Assembly: GCF_036365525.1 (NCBI RefSeq)
Contig: NC_090408.1
Location: 31,674,269 to 31,738,268, forward strand
Direction: 5' to 3'
Origin: Heterodontus francisci
Taxonomy: Eukaryota
Length of the DNA: 64,000 nucleotides
Below, one piece after another: positions 37,937 through 52,086 of this stretch (position 1 is its first letter; the number at the start of each line of letters is the position of its first letter). Position numbers and translations under genes: made by a program. A model generated the notes under the pieces. It saw nothing but the letters and a program-made list of their open reading frames with translations. It was not told the origin of the DNA and ran no database searches.

Positions 37937-38187
37937 GGGCAGCCATAAAGACGGGGCTAAAATGTGGCGAGTCGAAGAGACTCAGTAGTTGGCAGGAAAA
38001 AAGACAGAGACGCAAGGGGAGAGCCAACTGTGCAACAGCCCCGACAAACAAATTTCTCTGCAGCACCTGTGGAAGAGCCTGTCACTCTAGAATTGGCCTT
38101 TATAGCCACTCCAGGCGCTGCTTCACAAACCACTGACCACCTCCAGGCGCGTATCCATTGTCCCTCGAGATAAGGAGGCCAAAGAAG
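37937..38187 (+). mobile_element. Young RTE-clade LINE 3' end with a C2H2-like motif
   Basis: Encodes ...QEKRQRRK...FLCSTCGRACHSRIGLYSHSRRC; tail AAGAAG; ATTGGT TSD at 37931-37936 and 38188-38193. Confidence 0.85.
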
Positions 38188-38508
38188 ATTGGTTAATATT
38201 TCTGTGATATAACTGTCTAAGTTTCTCACTTCAGATTTCACTCAGTGACAGTGGATTGTCAGAAAAAGTAATCCGTTATAAATTTAAATTAGAGGTTATT
38301 TAACAAAGCAAGAATTTGCTTTAAGTTAGTAAGCGTTAGGAATAATTTGGGCAGGGTAGTAGAAACAACGACATTGGGGGACATTCAAAATGAGGATGGA
38401 TGCTGGAATTGGAGAGTTAGGCTACTGGAGGCATGAGATTAGGATTAATTGGCCTTTCATATCCTTGACTTTGTTCTTATACCAGCAGAGTTTAATGTGA
38501 CAGCCATT

Positions 38509-39479
38509 TGTCATGAGTCCCAACTGACAGCCATTTGGTGTTGAAAGACGTTTCAGGATGTTGTGGATAAATAGAGGTCAGAAAAAATATATACGTAACC
38601 ATATTTTATTTTCTCCTTTGATTAAAACGGTGTACCTTTAAGACAGGGAGAGAAGCTTTTGGATTTCGGCACAGTGTGCCAGCTGCATTTTGTTACCTAG
38701 GCGACAGCAGGAGAGAGAGGTGTCACATGGTATGGTTTCACTTAACTGTAAAAACCAGTCTGAACCAGTTTTTGAGAGACTCCAGCGAAGCATGCTACTG
38801 AAGAGAAGAGCTGTCTATTTTTCTCAGCAAAAATTCTACAAGGAGCTACAGGACAAGTTAATTGCCTAAGGAGGAAAAAAAAAAGCCTTTTTTTTTTAAA
38901 AGAGACTGTTGGTATTGCTGAAGTAAAGTTTCAACTGAAAGACTGTCGGTTTTAAAATTCAAGTTGACCTATTGGTGTGCTCATCATTGAAAGAACTGTT
39001 TGATGCCTGCTACAGCCGAAGTATTTTGAATGCCTATCAAGAACAGACTATTTCATCAAATCCGCATGGAGATTTCAAGTGGCATTTGATTATTTTCACA
39101 TTAGAATACCTCATCCATCAGGAATGTACCCCACAAAGGCTTACTTATTTACTTAAGAAACAGCTAATTTTTAAAGCATCATTTTAATAAAGAAACCAGT
39201 TAACCATGATTTTTGTGTGTGTGAATGGGGGAATTTGGTTAAAATAAGTTATAAGGTCTTTAGACATAGGTTTATCTTAATGGTGTTTAAGATTTAGCTT
39301 TAATAAATAGTTAATTTATTGTTGTCTAAAGAGACCTGATTTGGTCTGTTTTATCCCAGCGGTTACTAGAGTGTTTAATTTGGCTGTTTTCCAGTTGGGT
39401 GGGAAAAGTTTATTATGAGGTGACCTGTGGAGTGATGGGACTGAATTGATGGTGCATTGCTCTCCCCTCGGTCCTAACA
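38509..39479 (+). mobile_element. Possible solo LTR of a second family
   Basis: Begins TGTCATG, ends CCTAACA like the other solo LTRs, ~1 kb, internal AATAAA; no clean TSD. Confidence 0.45.
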
Positions 39480-40900
39480 ATATATAAAGCCTGTATGGGA
39501 AAGTAAGGAAAGAGGTTAAGAGAAGGATAAGGAAAGCACAGGAGTTGGAGGGGAGAACCTCAAAATATTAAGAATGGTAGAGTATTCTATAAACATACCA
39601 TAAAAAGAGAATCGTTAAATGTGAAGTGGGAATCCTGAAAGAGGACATTGGTAGAGGTACTTAACCACTAGTTGCATCAGTATTTACAAATGAGAAGGAG
39701 GTAAATACTGAATTGGTTCAATGCGAGATGAAAGATAATAACTGAAAGGAAAATATTACAGAAGTTAGTTAAGAGAGGAAGACAAATTTTTGGAACCTGA
39801 TGGGTACATGCAAGGATCCTGAGGGCAATAATGGAGGCCCAAGAAATTTTATTCAGCATTATGTTGAGAATGGATGTGACTGGAGAGTGGCCAATATACC
39901 GATTTTCAAAAAATGACATAACCCAGGTAATTACAGACGAGTTAACTAACATTGACAGAGAAAAACTTGGAATCTTGAAATGACTAAATGTCTAGATAAA
40001 GTAAAATAATTAGAATCAGCAGCATAGCTTTCAGATATGATAATGCTTGACAGAGCTGCTATTGCTCTGAGGAGGTGACATAAATGGTGAATGGGGGAAA
40101 TGCAATGGATTTGGTTCACTTGGACTTTCAGAAAAGCTTTGACAAGATACCACAAAGGAGACTATTGGAGAAGATAAAAGGCAAGGAATCAAGTGAAGGG
40201 TAGCAAATAGATTAAACATTTCTTTGAAAGAAAAAAGAGGGTAAGAGTTAAAGGTAGTTTCTTGGTGAGTTAAGTGGTTGGAGTGTGTCGTGAGCTTCTG
40301 TTCTGAGACTGCTTCTGTTCCCCCTCTACAAGAATTTGGATATAGCGCTAGAGGTGTCAATTTGCAGATGATACTGAAATAGGCATAGTGATTAATTCTG
40401 AGGACTAAAGGCAACTAAAAAATGACATTGATAAGTTGGTGGAATGAGCAAATAAAACTGCAAGAATGTATTCAATGTCAGTACATTTTGGTTTCAAAAA
40501 TGTAAAAATTATAGTTGGGGAGGGTTGGATAATGTGGAAAAGCAAAGGGTTTTGGGGCTTCAGGTTCACCAGGCATTAAAAGTAGCTCCTTAAGTGACAA
40601 AGATCTTTTAAAAAGCTAATAGAATGCGGGGTTTTATGGCAAGACAATATATACATTGCAATATAGTGGTTAATCAGAATCAAACCTGAATAAGACCACA
40701 GTTTGAGAGCTGCATGTAGTTTTGGGCTGCACAGTATAGGACTTGCGTTGAGACCAAGTCATTTCAAAAATTAAAATCTTTTTGTGAGAACATAACACAG
40801 CAGAGTATGGCTGATTGAGTGCTTAAAATTATGAAGAGATGGGACGGAGTAGATAAAAACAGTTTCCATTGGTTAAAGGAGTTGAGAATGAGGAGGCATA
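39480..40900 (+). mobile_element. Heavily degraded CR1 ORF2
   Basis: PGNYRRV.LT, DFQKSFDKIP and FADD remnants. Confidence 0.7.
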
Positions 40901-42443
40901 GCGCAATGAAATGCTACATTACCCCACTTAAGTGGATGGCCTTATTTAAACAATATGACTCGGCATTTTATCCTATAGCCCAGGGCACATTCTCCTCTTC
41001 TGCAGCATTTTGCTGACTGCTTCCAGCTTTTACAGCTCTTTTTAAAAACAAAACTTGCCCAGCATCAGCTTTTAGCCAAAACTGACTCCCAACATTCCCC
41101 CGCCCTCTTTCTCCTCTTTTCCCGCCCCCTTCCCCCCAAACCTTTCTCCCTCACCCCCCCCCCCCCCCCCCAAACGCGCGCGCACGCAAGCAAGCACAGG
41201 TCCTGCTGAGTTTGAATGATTGTTGCAGCAGAAATGTGTATGAGCTGCCATTGAAAAGTCAAACAATCTTTCATTGTCTCCAGAATGCTGAAACTTAATC
41301 TACACCTTTGCTGTGATCAAAGTTTATAGAGATATTGCCATTAGTTGCTTAAGCAAAAACATCTTTTAGAAGATAACAAAAGTTGGTTAAAAATACAAAC
41401 CCTATTCGTGTTTATTTGTTTTGTAACTTTGATTTTAAATACAAGATCTGATGGTTAAAGAATCCCTGCTTAAGAGATTTTTGTATGCAAGTGAAACTTT
41501 AATCTAGAGCTCCAATGTTATTGGTCAGCCAGAGCCTGATTTGCCTACAATACAACAGCGACAACCTTTTAAAAGAACATCATTGGTGGGATTGTGCTTT
41601 GGGATGTCCTAAGTGCACGTTAAGTGCTCTGTTGACCCATGAGTTTATAGCCCTGCTATGATATATTCATATAATGCATAAAACTGCTCTGGGATTGCTG
41701 GTCTCATCTAGTTGGTAAAGTAGGCTAACCATTTATAGTACTTAAACATGTAATCAGGACCAGTCCAAAGGGCAGCACTGCGTACCACTGTCACCCTAAC
41801 GAAGACATTACTACAATTCCTCCCCCTCTAGAGGAGGGCAACAGTGATACATAAATGGTCCAATCATCCTAGGAAATGTACAAAATTAAAAAAAAAACCT
41901 AACTCATATCAGTGTTTCAGTCTATGTGGAATTGTAAGAACTGTTTAGAAATCGTGATGCAGAGGCAGGAAACAACCCACTCGGTCTTATTCGGCAAACT
42001 TGATAATGAACCCCTATTTACCTTCTGTTTCGACTATTAGGAGAGATGAATCATCATGTGATTTTAAATGAGCAGTTGTCTGAATAAAGAGCTTTTTCAT
42101 TAGGTGTTTGAGCGCATAAGGATGTGACAAAGGTGCACTTTAATCACACCAAAGCGGATTGTTGTTTATGCGGCAATGGCATTGAATCCTCCTTGTGTGT
42201 GTCAGTCACTGTCTCCTAAAGACTTTGATTTCAAAGGAACTTTTGTACCTTATGCTGTACAAGAGGCACTCTGCTATCTCAAAGCTCTTTCCAGCTAATT
42301 CATCTCTCTTTCATTCCCAGCAAATCAATCAGTTTTAATTGGATCTCCTCTGTAAAATAATGGTAGCTTTTACTGCCTGCAGCCACTCAGCTTGTATGTG
42401 TGATTTCTTCATTTGATAAAGAACCAACAGTAGCAAGTAATAG

Positions 42444-42570
42444 AAGCAAAATACTGTGGATGCTGGAAATCTGAAATAAAAACCAAGTGCTGGAAATGCT
42501 CAGCAGGTCTGGCAACAACTGTGGAGAGAGTGAGTTCATGTTTCAGGTCTGTGATCTTTGATCAGAACTA
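42444..42570 (-). mobile_element. Penelope pLTR fragment
   Basis: aagcaaaatactgtggatgctggaaatctgaaataaaa...tttcaggtctgtgatctttgatcagaact. Confidence 0.75.
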
Positions 42571-44069
42571 GTAACAAGTAAATGCTTTGAATGCATTTGG
42601 AGTTCTGGACTGCCTTGTTGCAAGCCCACTCACTTGCCTTAAGTCCTCACAACCCGAGTAATCTTGAAGCTGAATAATGAATGGGCGGGCCCTAACATTC
42701 CAGCACCCTCCACAAAAACTGTCTGCTGCCTCAACTCAGTGTCTAATGGAAGTCTTCTCCCCTCCCTTCTGCCTCGATGTGCCTTAAGATCCTTAACTAG
42801 ATGATCTTGGCTTTGTCATGGAATACTATCCTACTGCATAGAATGGTATGAAGCATGAGTGTTCTACAATGTCCTGAGCATGTGTGTAAATGTTTTGTAC
42901 ATAATGCAATAAGTTTGAAGGTTTTTTAAAAAAGTCCCTAAAGTATAGAAGGTTACTCTTTTGTTTTTGCATTAAAATAAGCCTTTAGAAGTTATCTTTA
43001 TACTAGGGATTTCTAAAAGTTTCTGTGGTTTCCAATTGATACAGTGCCTTATCCCGGTCTGAGAGATTGCCAGTACTGTCTGAATAAGTGTTAAAAGTTT
43101 AAACTTTAGCTATAATGCTTGCAATTTGTATTCATACATGGGGAGTGGCACTTGATTGCATTAGCAGAGGCCTGGAACCCATGGAAAAGGGGAAGAGAAG
43201 GCAATTCAGGAGGCACAGGTTTGTAAAGTAGTATTTGTAAACGGTGAATTTGCATGAACCTTTCTGAAAAGCTGAGTGCGGCACTTACTACCATCCGTTA
43301 TCATGTGACTGATTCTCTGTTACTGTGAGCGCTTTTCTCGGTTTATTGGATTTTGTACAATTCAGTAAAAATGATAAAACATTTCAAATTGCTGAGGTAA
43401 TTATAACCTTCGAAAGAGATAGAACTTCCTGAATATGGTTTGCATTGCAATCATTAATTTTTCAAATAGATCGGAGACTACTATGCATTTGATGTAATAA
43501 ATTAATGGGAATAGTTGTTTATCTGTTACATTGTGCAGCTGATTATATATCTGAATGAAGATTGTATATCTATGGAAATGTCAGCTGATTGGGCCACTAA
43601 CGTTTATCAACAATGCGAAATATTTATTGGATGGAGATATTGATTAAAATTTAACAGATGATGAATTAGCCAATAGTAATTCTGCAGTTCCTGAAGAACT
43701 GCTTTCCTTTGCACATCGGAATGTTCCAATAAACCATTCGAATTGTTCCGATACCACCAGTACAGTCTGAGGCAACCAACATGACAATTTTCTGTTTCCT
43801 GCCACACAAAGAGCTGAGACACTGAGGGTACATCTCGGATGCACAGCTTAATCCCATGACCACGATTAACTCTTTGCTGTTGTCAAAGCAGAGGTTTAAT
43901 CATCCCATTGGGGTCTAGTCGCTACACCAAATGCTTTGTTTTAATATGCAATGACTGCAGCTGTACCAGTGAAGTTGGCGGGGTGGGTATAAAAACAGTT
44001 CCATGCTGGAGAGAAATTAAGTAGAAAGTGCATGGGAGGAATAGGAGGAAAAATGGGAAACCTGGGGAA

Positions 44070-44960
44070 GAATAGTTAAGAGTTATCAAAGTCCGTGTTC
44101 AGACCAAAAGGCAGCAGGGTGCCAAAGAGAATAATGAGATGCAGTTCTTGAAGTTTGCTTTGGGCCAGGCAGAAATATCAGAGTGGGAATGGGAAAGAGA
44201 GTTGTTGTGGCGAGTTACAGGGGGGCTAGCTCATACTGGCAGACAGAATGGGGATGTTTGAGTGGCCGCCCAATGTGAGTTTGTTCTGTGCGATGCACCG
44301 TGAGCTGTAAAGTATATCAGATTGGAGGAAGAACCTGTAAATTGCTGTCTGATAAGGAAAGGAGTGTTTGTACCCTGGGCAGTGGTGTGGAAATTCAGAA
44401 AGGCCAGTTGCATTTGCTGGATTTGCACAGGAAGGGCAAATGGAGGTTTGGATGGTGATAGAGTGTACAAGGGTATCCCAGAGAGAATGGTCACTCTGAA
44501 CAGCAGAAATAAGAAGGGAAGGAAAGATGGGGCTTGGATCAAACTGTAGCTGGTGGAAAGAGCAAAAGAGAGGAAAGGGATAAAAAGACGAATGGGATTG
44601 AAGGAGAGGGAGAGTGGAAGCACATAAAATGGGGTATACATGTTCAGTTTACAGTCTAGTGAAAAATGTGAGATAACAGGATTGCGGAAGAGGAGATTGG
44701 GAAGAAACATAATCCAAATAGTTTTGGGAGTCTGTTGGCTTGTAATAGATCTCAGTGCAAAACTCATTGTCAGAGATGAATGAAGAAATACAAATGAAGG
44801 GATTGAAAAATCCGAGATGGACCAAATGAAGGTGCAGGGCAAGTGGAAATAGAAAGCCGAGTAAATTAGTTTTGTCAGATCAAAGCAAGAGCAGGAAGCA
44901 ATTTCAATAGAGTCATCGACATAAAGGAGGAAGAGATCAGGGAGGGTGATGCTAGAGCTT
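44070..44960 (-). mobile_element. Degraded Penelope RT/GIY-YIG fragment
   Basis: Minus-strand FLLYVDD, TFIWSISD and KLQELHLII.FGTLLPFGLNTDF remnants; homologous to 63708-64000. Confidence 0.75.
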
Positions 44961-45312
44961 GTAGAGTGAACAGGAGAGTGGGTTTAGACTGGGAGGCTCC
45001 TGTGAAGATGAGCGCTGGCCTGTCCTGAATGGGACTGTTTCTGTGCTGCCACGTTTTGAGATTCTACAAGCAAAGCTTTCAAACGCTTAGATATGCACCA
45101 CGGGATTATTGTGGATAGATGGACTGAAACTCTTCCACCTGAAACTATTATGCATTTATTTTTTTTTAAAAACTCATCAGTTACTTATAAAATAAAACTT
45201 TCAATTTGACATTAAACAGCCAGTTCAGCAGTTTACATCAAATATTTAATTGAAGTTATGGTTGCTGGTCAGATAAAATGTGTGACGCTGCATTGTGCCA
45301 AAATGTTTTTTA

Positions 45313-45675
45313 TTTTATTCGTTCGTGAGATGTGGGCATCGCTGGCAACACTGGCATTTATTGCCCAACCCTTATTGCCTTCAAAGAAGGTGGCAGTGAG
45401 CTGCCACCTTGATTACAACAGAGTGGCTTGCTAAGCCATTTCAGAGAGTCTGCAGTCGCATGTAGGCCAGACTGGGTAAGGACGGCATCTTTCCTTCCCT
45501 AAATGACAGTGAGTCTGGTAGTTTCATGGTAACCAGCTTTTTATTCCTGATTTATTTAATTATCTGAATTTAAATTCCCCAGCTGCCGTGGTGAGATTTG
45601 AACTCCTGTCTCTGGACCATTACTCTAGGCCTCTGAACTACTAGTCCGGTAACACAACCATGATGCTACCACACC
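45313..45675 (-). mobile_element. tRNA-headed SINE variant with a longer LINE-derived tail
   Basis: Same head and core as 17150; tail additionally keeps gcagctcactgccaccttc, the end of the LINE ORF. Confidence 0.75.
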
Positions 45676-45679
45676 CTTT

Positions 45680-47287
45680 TTTTAGAATTAGAACATTACA
45701 GCGCAGTACAGGCCCTTCGGCCCTCGATGTTGCGCCGACCTGTGAAACCATCTGACCTACACTATTCCATTTTCATCCATATGTCTATCCAATGACCACT
45801 TAAATGCCCTTAAAGTTGGCGAGTCTACTACTGTTGCAGGCAGGGCGTTCCACGCCCCTACTACTCTCTGCGTAAAGAAACTACCTCTGACATCTGTCCT
45901 ATATCATCATCCGAGGAAAAAGACTCTCACTATCCACCCCATCTAACCCTCTGATTATCTTGTATGTCTCTATTAAGTCGCCTCTCCTCCTCCTTCTCTC
46001 TAACGAAAACAACCCCAAGTCCCTCAGCCTTTCCTCGTAAGACCTTCCCTCCATACCAGGCAACATCCTAGTAAATCTCCTCTGCACCCTTTCCAAAGCT
46101 TCCACATCCTTCCTATAATGCGGTGACCAGAACTGCACGCAATACTCAAGGTGCGGCCTCACCAGAGTTTTGTACAGCTGCATCATGACCTCGTGGCTCC
46201 GAAACTCGATCCCCCTACTAATAAAAGCTAACACACCCTATTAACCTGGGTAGCAACTTTCAGGGATTTATGTACCTGGACACCAAGATCTCTCTGTTCA
46301 TCTACACTACCAAGAATCTTCCCATTAGCCCAGTACTCTGCATTGCTGTTACTCCTTCCAAAGTGAATCACCTCACACTTCTCCGCATTAAACTCCATTT
46401 GCCATCTCTCAGCCCAGCTCTGCAGCCTATCTATGTCCCTCTGTACCCTACAACACCCTTCGACACTATCCACAACTCCATCGACCTTCGTGTCATCCGC
46501 AAATTTACTAACCCACCCTTCTACACCCTCATCCAGGTCATTTATAAAAATGACAAACAGCAGTGGCCCCAAAACAGAACCTTGCGGTACACCACTAGTA
46601 ACTAAACTCCAGGATGAACATTTGCCATCGACCACCACCCTCTGTCTTCTTTCAGCTAGCCAATTTCTGATCTAAAGCTCTAAATCACCTTCAACCCCAT
46701 ACTTCCGTATTTTCTGCAATAGCCTACCGTGGGGAACCTTATCAAACGCCTTACTGAAATCCATATACACCACATCCACGGCTTTACCCTCATCCACCTG
46801 TTTGGTCACCTTCTCGAAAAACTCAATAAGGTTTGTGAGGCACGACCTACCTTTCACAAAACCGTGCTGACTATCGCAAATGAACTTATTCTTTTCAAGA
46901 TGATTATAAATCCTATCTCTTATAACCTTTTCCAACATTTTACCCACAACCGAAGTAAGGCTCACAGGTCTATAATTACCAGGGCTGTCTCTACTCCCCT
47001 TCTTGAACAAGGGGACAACATTTGCTATCCTCCAGTCTTCCGGCACTACTCCTGTCGACAATGACGACATAAAGATCAACAACAACGGCTCTGCAATCTC
47101 CTCCCTGGCTTCCCAGAGAATCCTAGGATAAATCCCATCTGGCCCAGGGGACTTATCTATTTTCACACTTTCCAAAATTGCTAACACCTCCTCCTTGTGA
47201 ATCTCAATCCCATCTAGCCTAGTCGGCTGTATCTCAGTAATCTCCTCGACAACATTTTCTTTCTCTACTGTAAATACTGACGAAAAA
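45680..47287 (-). mobile_element. Young 5'-truncated CR1 LINE
   Basis: ORFs 46672-47304, 46228-46638, 45899-46234 (KSPGPDGI, PGNYRPVSLTS, QHGF, FADD); tail ...gtaatgttctaattctaa; small internal deletions. Confidence 0.95.
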
Positions 47288-47804
47288 AATGTAATAAATT
47301 TCATATGTAATAAATTGTTAATCTACAAGAGTAATTGAGAGAACCTGGTGCACTGTTTGCATGGTGCGTAAACCTAATTTTATAGCCACCCTGTCCAATG
47401 TAACATGCTTTGTTTAAAAAAAAATACAATTTTTTTCAATACTGGCAGAAACCTGCAAACATTTGCAGTCAAATTATTATCTTTATTGCAACAGTACTTC
47501 TTTAAATTAAGGATTTCTTATTTCACCAAAACTTTTAACAGAATCAAAACTTCTCACTCTGGAAAAAGCTGCGTAAAGCTGTCCAAGACCTAGGAATATA
47601 AAAACAAATTTTGTCAAGTGTCTGGCCTTGTGACTTGTTTATAGTCATTGAATATGAAAGTCTAATTGGAAACTGTTTTCACCTGAGTTGAAAAGGCAGG
47701 TTTACATCTGATGGGCTCAATATTGTTTGAGGAATAAACACTCTTTCCTTGAAATCCGCATCTATCATCGAAGAAAACAGCTTCCTAACTACCAATCTTC
47801 CATG

Positions 47805-49110
47805 ATGAACTTATTAGTGAGAGACAGCATGGTTTTGTGAAGGGGAGGTCGTGTCTTACTAATTTGATTGAGTTTTTTGAGGAAGTGACGAAGATGATTG
47901 ATGAAGGAAGGGCAGTGGATGTTATCTATATGGACTTTAGTAAACCCTTTAACAAGGTCCCGCATGGCAGACTGGTACAAAAGGTGAAGTCACACGGGAT
48001 CAGAGGTGAGCTGGAAAGATGGATACAGAACTAGCTCGGGCATAGAAGACAGAGGGTATCAGTGGATGGGTGTTTTTCTGAATGGAGGGATGTGAGTAGT
48101 GGTGTTCCGCAGGGATCAGTGCTGGGACCTTTGCTGTTTGTAGTATATATAAATGATTTGGAGGAAAATGTAGCTGGTCTGATTAGTTAGTTTGCGGACG
48201 ATACAAAGGTTGGTGGAGTTGCGGATAATGATGAGGATTGTCAGAGGATACAGCAGGATATAGATCGGTTGGAGACTTGGGCGGAGAAATGGCAGATGGA
48301 GTTTAATCCGGACAAATGTGAGGTAATGAATTTTGGAAGGTCTAATGCAGGTGGGAGGTATACAGTAAATGGCAGAACCCTTAGGAGTATTGACAGGCAG
48401 AGAGATCTGGGCGTACAGGTCCACAGATCACTGAAAGTGGCAACGTAGGTGGATAAGGTAGTCAAGAAGGCATACAGCATGCTTGCCTTCATCGGTCGAG
48501 GCATAGAGTATAAAAATTGGCAAGTCATGTTGCAGCTGTACAGAACCTTAGTTTGGCCACACTTGGAATATTGCATGCAATTCTGGTCGCCACACTACCA
48601 GAAGGACGTGGAGGCTTTGGAGAGGGTACAGAGGAGGTTTACCAGGATATTGCCTGGTCTGGAAGGCATTAGCTATGAGGAGAGGTTGGAAAAACTCGGA
48701 TTGTTTTCACTGGAACGACGGAGGTGGAGATGCGACATGATAGAGGTTTACAAAGTTATGAGCGGCATGGACAGAGTGGATAGTCAGAAGCTTTTTTCTA
48801 GGGTGGAAGCGTCAGTTACTAGGGGACATAGGTTTAAGGTGCAAGGGGCAAAGTTTAGAGGGGATGTGCGAGGCAAGTCTTTTTACACAGAGGGTGGTGA
48901 GTGCCTGGAACTTGCTGCCAGGGGAGGTGGTAGAAGCAGATACGATAGCAACGTTTAAGAGGCATCTTGACAAATACATGAATAGGAATGGAATAGAGGG
49001 ATATGGGCCCCGGAAGTGCAGAAGGTGTTAGTTTAGGCAGGCATCAAGATCGGCGCAGGCTTGGAGGGCCGAATGGCCTGTTCCTGTGCTGTACTGTTCT
49101 TTGTTCTTGA
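47805..49110 (+). mobile_element. Young 5'-truncated CR1 LINE (different subfamily)
   Basis: QHGFVKGRSCLTNL, FADD, ORF 48449..48958; tail ctgtactgttctttgttctt. Confidence 0.95.
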
Positions 49111-51637
49111 CAAGGCCATTGTTTAGGATTCAAGTTTTATAGCAACATTATAACTGCTCCTTCCTTGAGTCTAAGTTTGTCTGGTGGCATGCCCATTGGA
49201 ATCAGACTGTGTAGAAACTCTGGGAGATGTAGACTGGTACCGTCTTCTTGTCTATAGAATCAATGCTGATGTATTTGAATTCACCTGACAGCTTTTCTAA
49301 AACTTTTCATTCAAATCGAGTGAATCTTCATTTTTAGCATCAAGAATAGCTTTCGACTAATTTTGTATCAAAAAATTGTACCCTCCAGTTTGCTGCACTT
49401 AACCAATTCCATCATCCCATTCCATCCCCATCCCACTCTTACCATCCCCACCCCATCCCTTCCCTCACAGAAATCTCAGCCAGGGCAACTCTGGGCTCCC
49501 CTTACTTTCTGCTGTTTTGGTTCTCCACTAATCCCGCTGCCCCTATCCAATCTTTGGCAGCTGCATGTGCGTCGCACACCCCATGTGCCACAGTGTGTGT
49601 GCCAGGCACTGCACACTAAATAAATCCACCAGCAGACATGGCCCTTAAAATGACCAATCAAAACAGACAAAAATTGATGTATGGCTGTATTCTCGCAGAA
49701 ATTATAGTGAGAACTAACATTGTATCCCAGTATTATAGGAGGGATTGTTTTATAATCTCACTATTTCCAGATCTGAATCTCTCAAACAGATTTGCCAGTT
49801 CCTCCTTAATATTACTATTCCATTTGTCTAACTTACAAGTTAAAACTGTTAATCTGTGGTGTTATAAGAGATTGCATCCTGACCTTGCAAATCTCCTGGA
49901 ATCTTTGAATGATGGAACACTATCTTTTTAATACCATCTCCACTGTCTCCATCAGCATCTGCTGCCTGTTAAAGTGAGAGTACCTCTCAAGGTTAAGCTC
50001 CGTGATATTCAGTGCAATAGAGTTGAATTCAGATTTTGAAGTGAATGTATCATTAATGTCTCTTTGAGACAGGTGCCATTCCCTTGGAAAAAAGGCCAGG
50101 CTGATGAACATAGCGTTCAGCACAATGATTACACCATTTTCTTAATGGGGAGAGCAAGTTTAAAAAACAAATTGCAAATGCTGAAAGTTCAAAACTGCTC
50201 TTTCAGCATCTGGCCAGAGAAAAGAAAGACTTAGATCGACAATTGCACCTTTCACAACCTCAGGATGTTCCAATGTGCATTCCAGCAAATGGATAACTTT
50301 GGGGTGTAGTCACTGTTGTAACGTAGGGAGCGCAGTTGCCAATTTGCACGCAGCAAGCTCCCGCTAACAGCAATGAGATATTGAAAAACTAGTACTTTAG
50401 GACAGTGACATTTCATCAAAACTTTGACCAGGTCTCTGTCCAAAACTCTAATCATTCTTTGTTTCAGGTGTTGAGGGGCCTGTTGTGTATTTCCAGCATT
50501 TTTTGCTTTTATTCCATCCTCTCAATACAGCTCTTATGTGCCAATGCATTTTCCTCACATTTGCAGTTTGGCAGGGAGTTAGCGAGGTGGTGGGTACAGA
50601 CTGGCTCCTCCCCCACTTGGAGGGCTGAAGGGAAACTGAAAGACAGGTTATTCTGCCCTGCTTCGTCGCACCTCAGAGTAGACTAGAATTGCTAAGAGAC
50701 CGGAGGAATGGTGTAAAATGCAGAGTAACCAGAAAGGAGAGGGAAAATCAAAATAAATGTATTAAAAGTTCTTTGATGGTAACTCATACCTAAACAGATT
50801 CCTAAAAATCTGAGCTTCGAATTGTTTAGTCAATAATTATCCATGAGGTTGTTTCCTGGGTGAGGCCAGCCACAGCTCCCCATCATAATGTGCCTAATCT
50901 CTGTGTGTTGACAAAATTCTGAGACCCCAAAGGAGTGGACCTCCTGTCTGCTCGTATCTGACAACACAGGTGATGACCCAGATCTCTGGGGTGGGCGCTT
51001 AAATGGCTCCTGACTCAGTCCACCAGCTGATGTTGGGGTGGCATCCAACTTCCCCAGCAGGCCCTTCCCGTACCAAAGAACAACTGCCGGTATGTTTTTC
51101 TTTGCTCTTAAGTGATCAACATGCGGACATTTTAAAGGCAATGGATTCCTTCTGGGGCCCTCAGCAGTACCCATGCCAGCTCTTGGTTGATGTGAGCTCC
51201 ACTGAGGCCTTTTAAGGACAAAATGGATGGAAGTTTTGGGTAAGCTTAGGAACTCTTCCAGACATGACCTTGATGTAGGTGGGCACGGATGGAAGATCCA
51301 TCCACCGAATCTCCTTTAAAGGGCCAGTGCAAATGGTGTGGATTTCTACTGTAACTGGGATCCACTCAAAATTCCTGGTCACCCCTTCTGGTCTCAGCAG
51401 TTTCAGGACTTTTTAGTCACACTAAAATGTATTGATTTCTGTTCCACTATAGGAATGCAATGAGTTTTGCAGTGATTTTTTTTCAGGCTGAGCTCCCATA
51501 CCAAAGATCGCAAAAGATTCAATATTTTCTCTGGAGCAGCCTTAGAATTTGTTCCTAACACATTGATTGAGCTGAGATGACGCAATCACGGTAACTGAAC
51601 TCAGACTTGCTGCTTTCTCCATGGCATCAAACCTACT

Positions 51638-52086
51638 GTGTGGCTCAGTTGGTAGCCCTCCCCCTTCTGAGTCAGGAGGTTGCGTTTTCAAGTCCCACTG
51701 CAGGACTTGAGCGCAGATGACATGGCTGCCACTGTAGTGCAGAATTGAGGAATGCTGCACTGTTGGAGGTTCAGTCTTTTGGATGAGATGTTCAGTTGAG
51801 GCCCTATCTGCTGTCTTGGGGATGTAAAAGATCCCATGGCACTATTTAGAAGAGCAGGGGAGTAGTCCTTGTGTCCTGCTCAATATTTATCCCTCAATCA
51901 ACATTACAAAAATAGATTATCAGGTCATTAGCACATTGCTGTTTGTGGGAGCTTGCTGTGTGCAAATTAGCTGGATGGTTTGCTACATTACAACAGTGTT
52001 GATACTTCAAAACTATTTAGTTGGTTGTAAAGCACTTTGGGATGTCCTGTGGTTGTGAAAGGTGCTCTATAAATGCAAGTCTTTTC
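51638..52086 (+). mobile_element. DeuSINE-like SINE, full length
   Basis: tRNA-like head TGGCTCAGTTGG...TTCAAGTCCC; Deu-like core ggatgagatg...gtaaaagatcccatggcactattt...agcagggga; tail tataaatgcaagtcttt. Confidence 0.8.

Noticed and set aside
49640-51360. Short ORFs (67-114 aa) suggesting a hidden gene
   Set aside because: No recognisable domain and no consistent splice-phase chain
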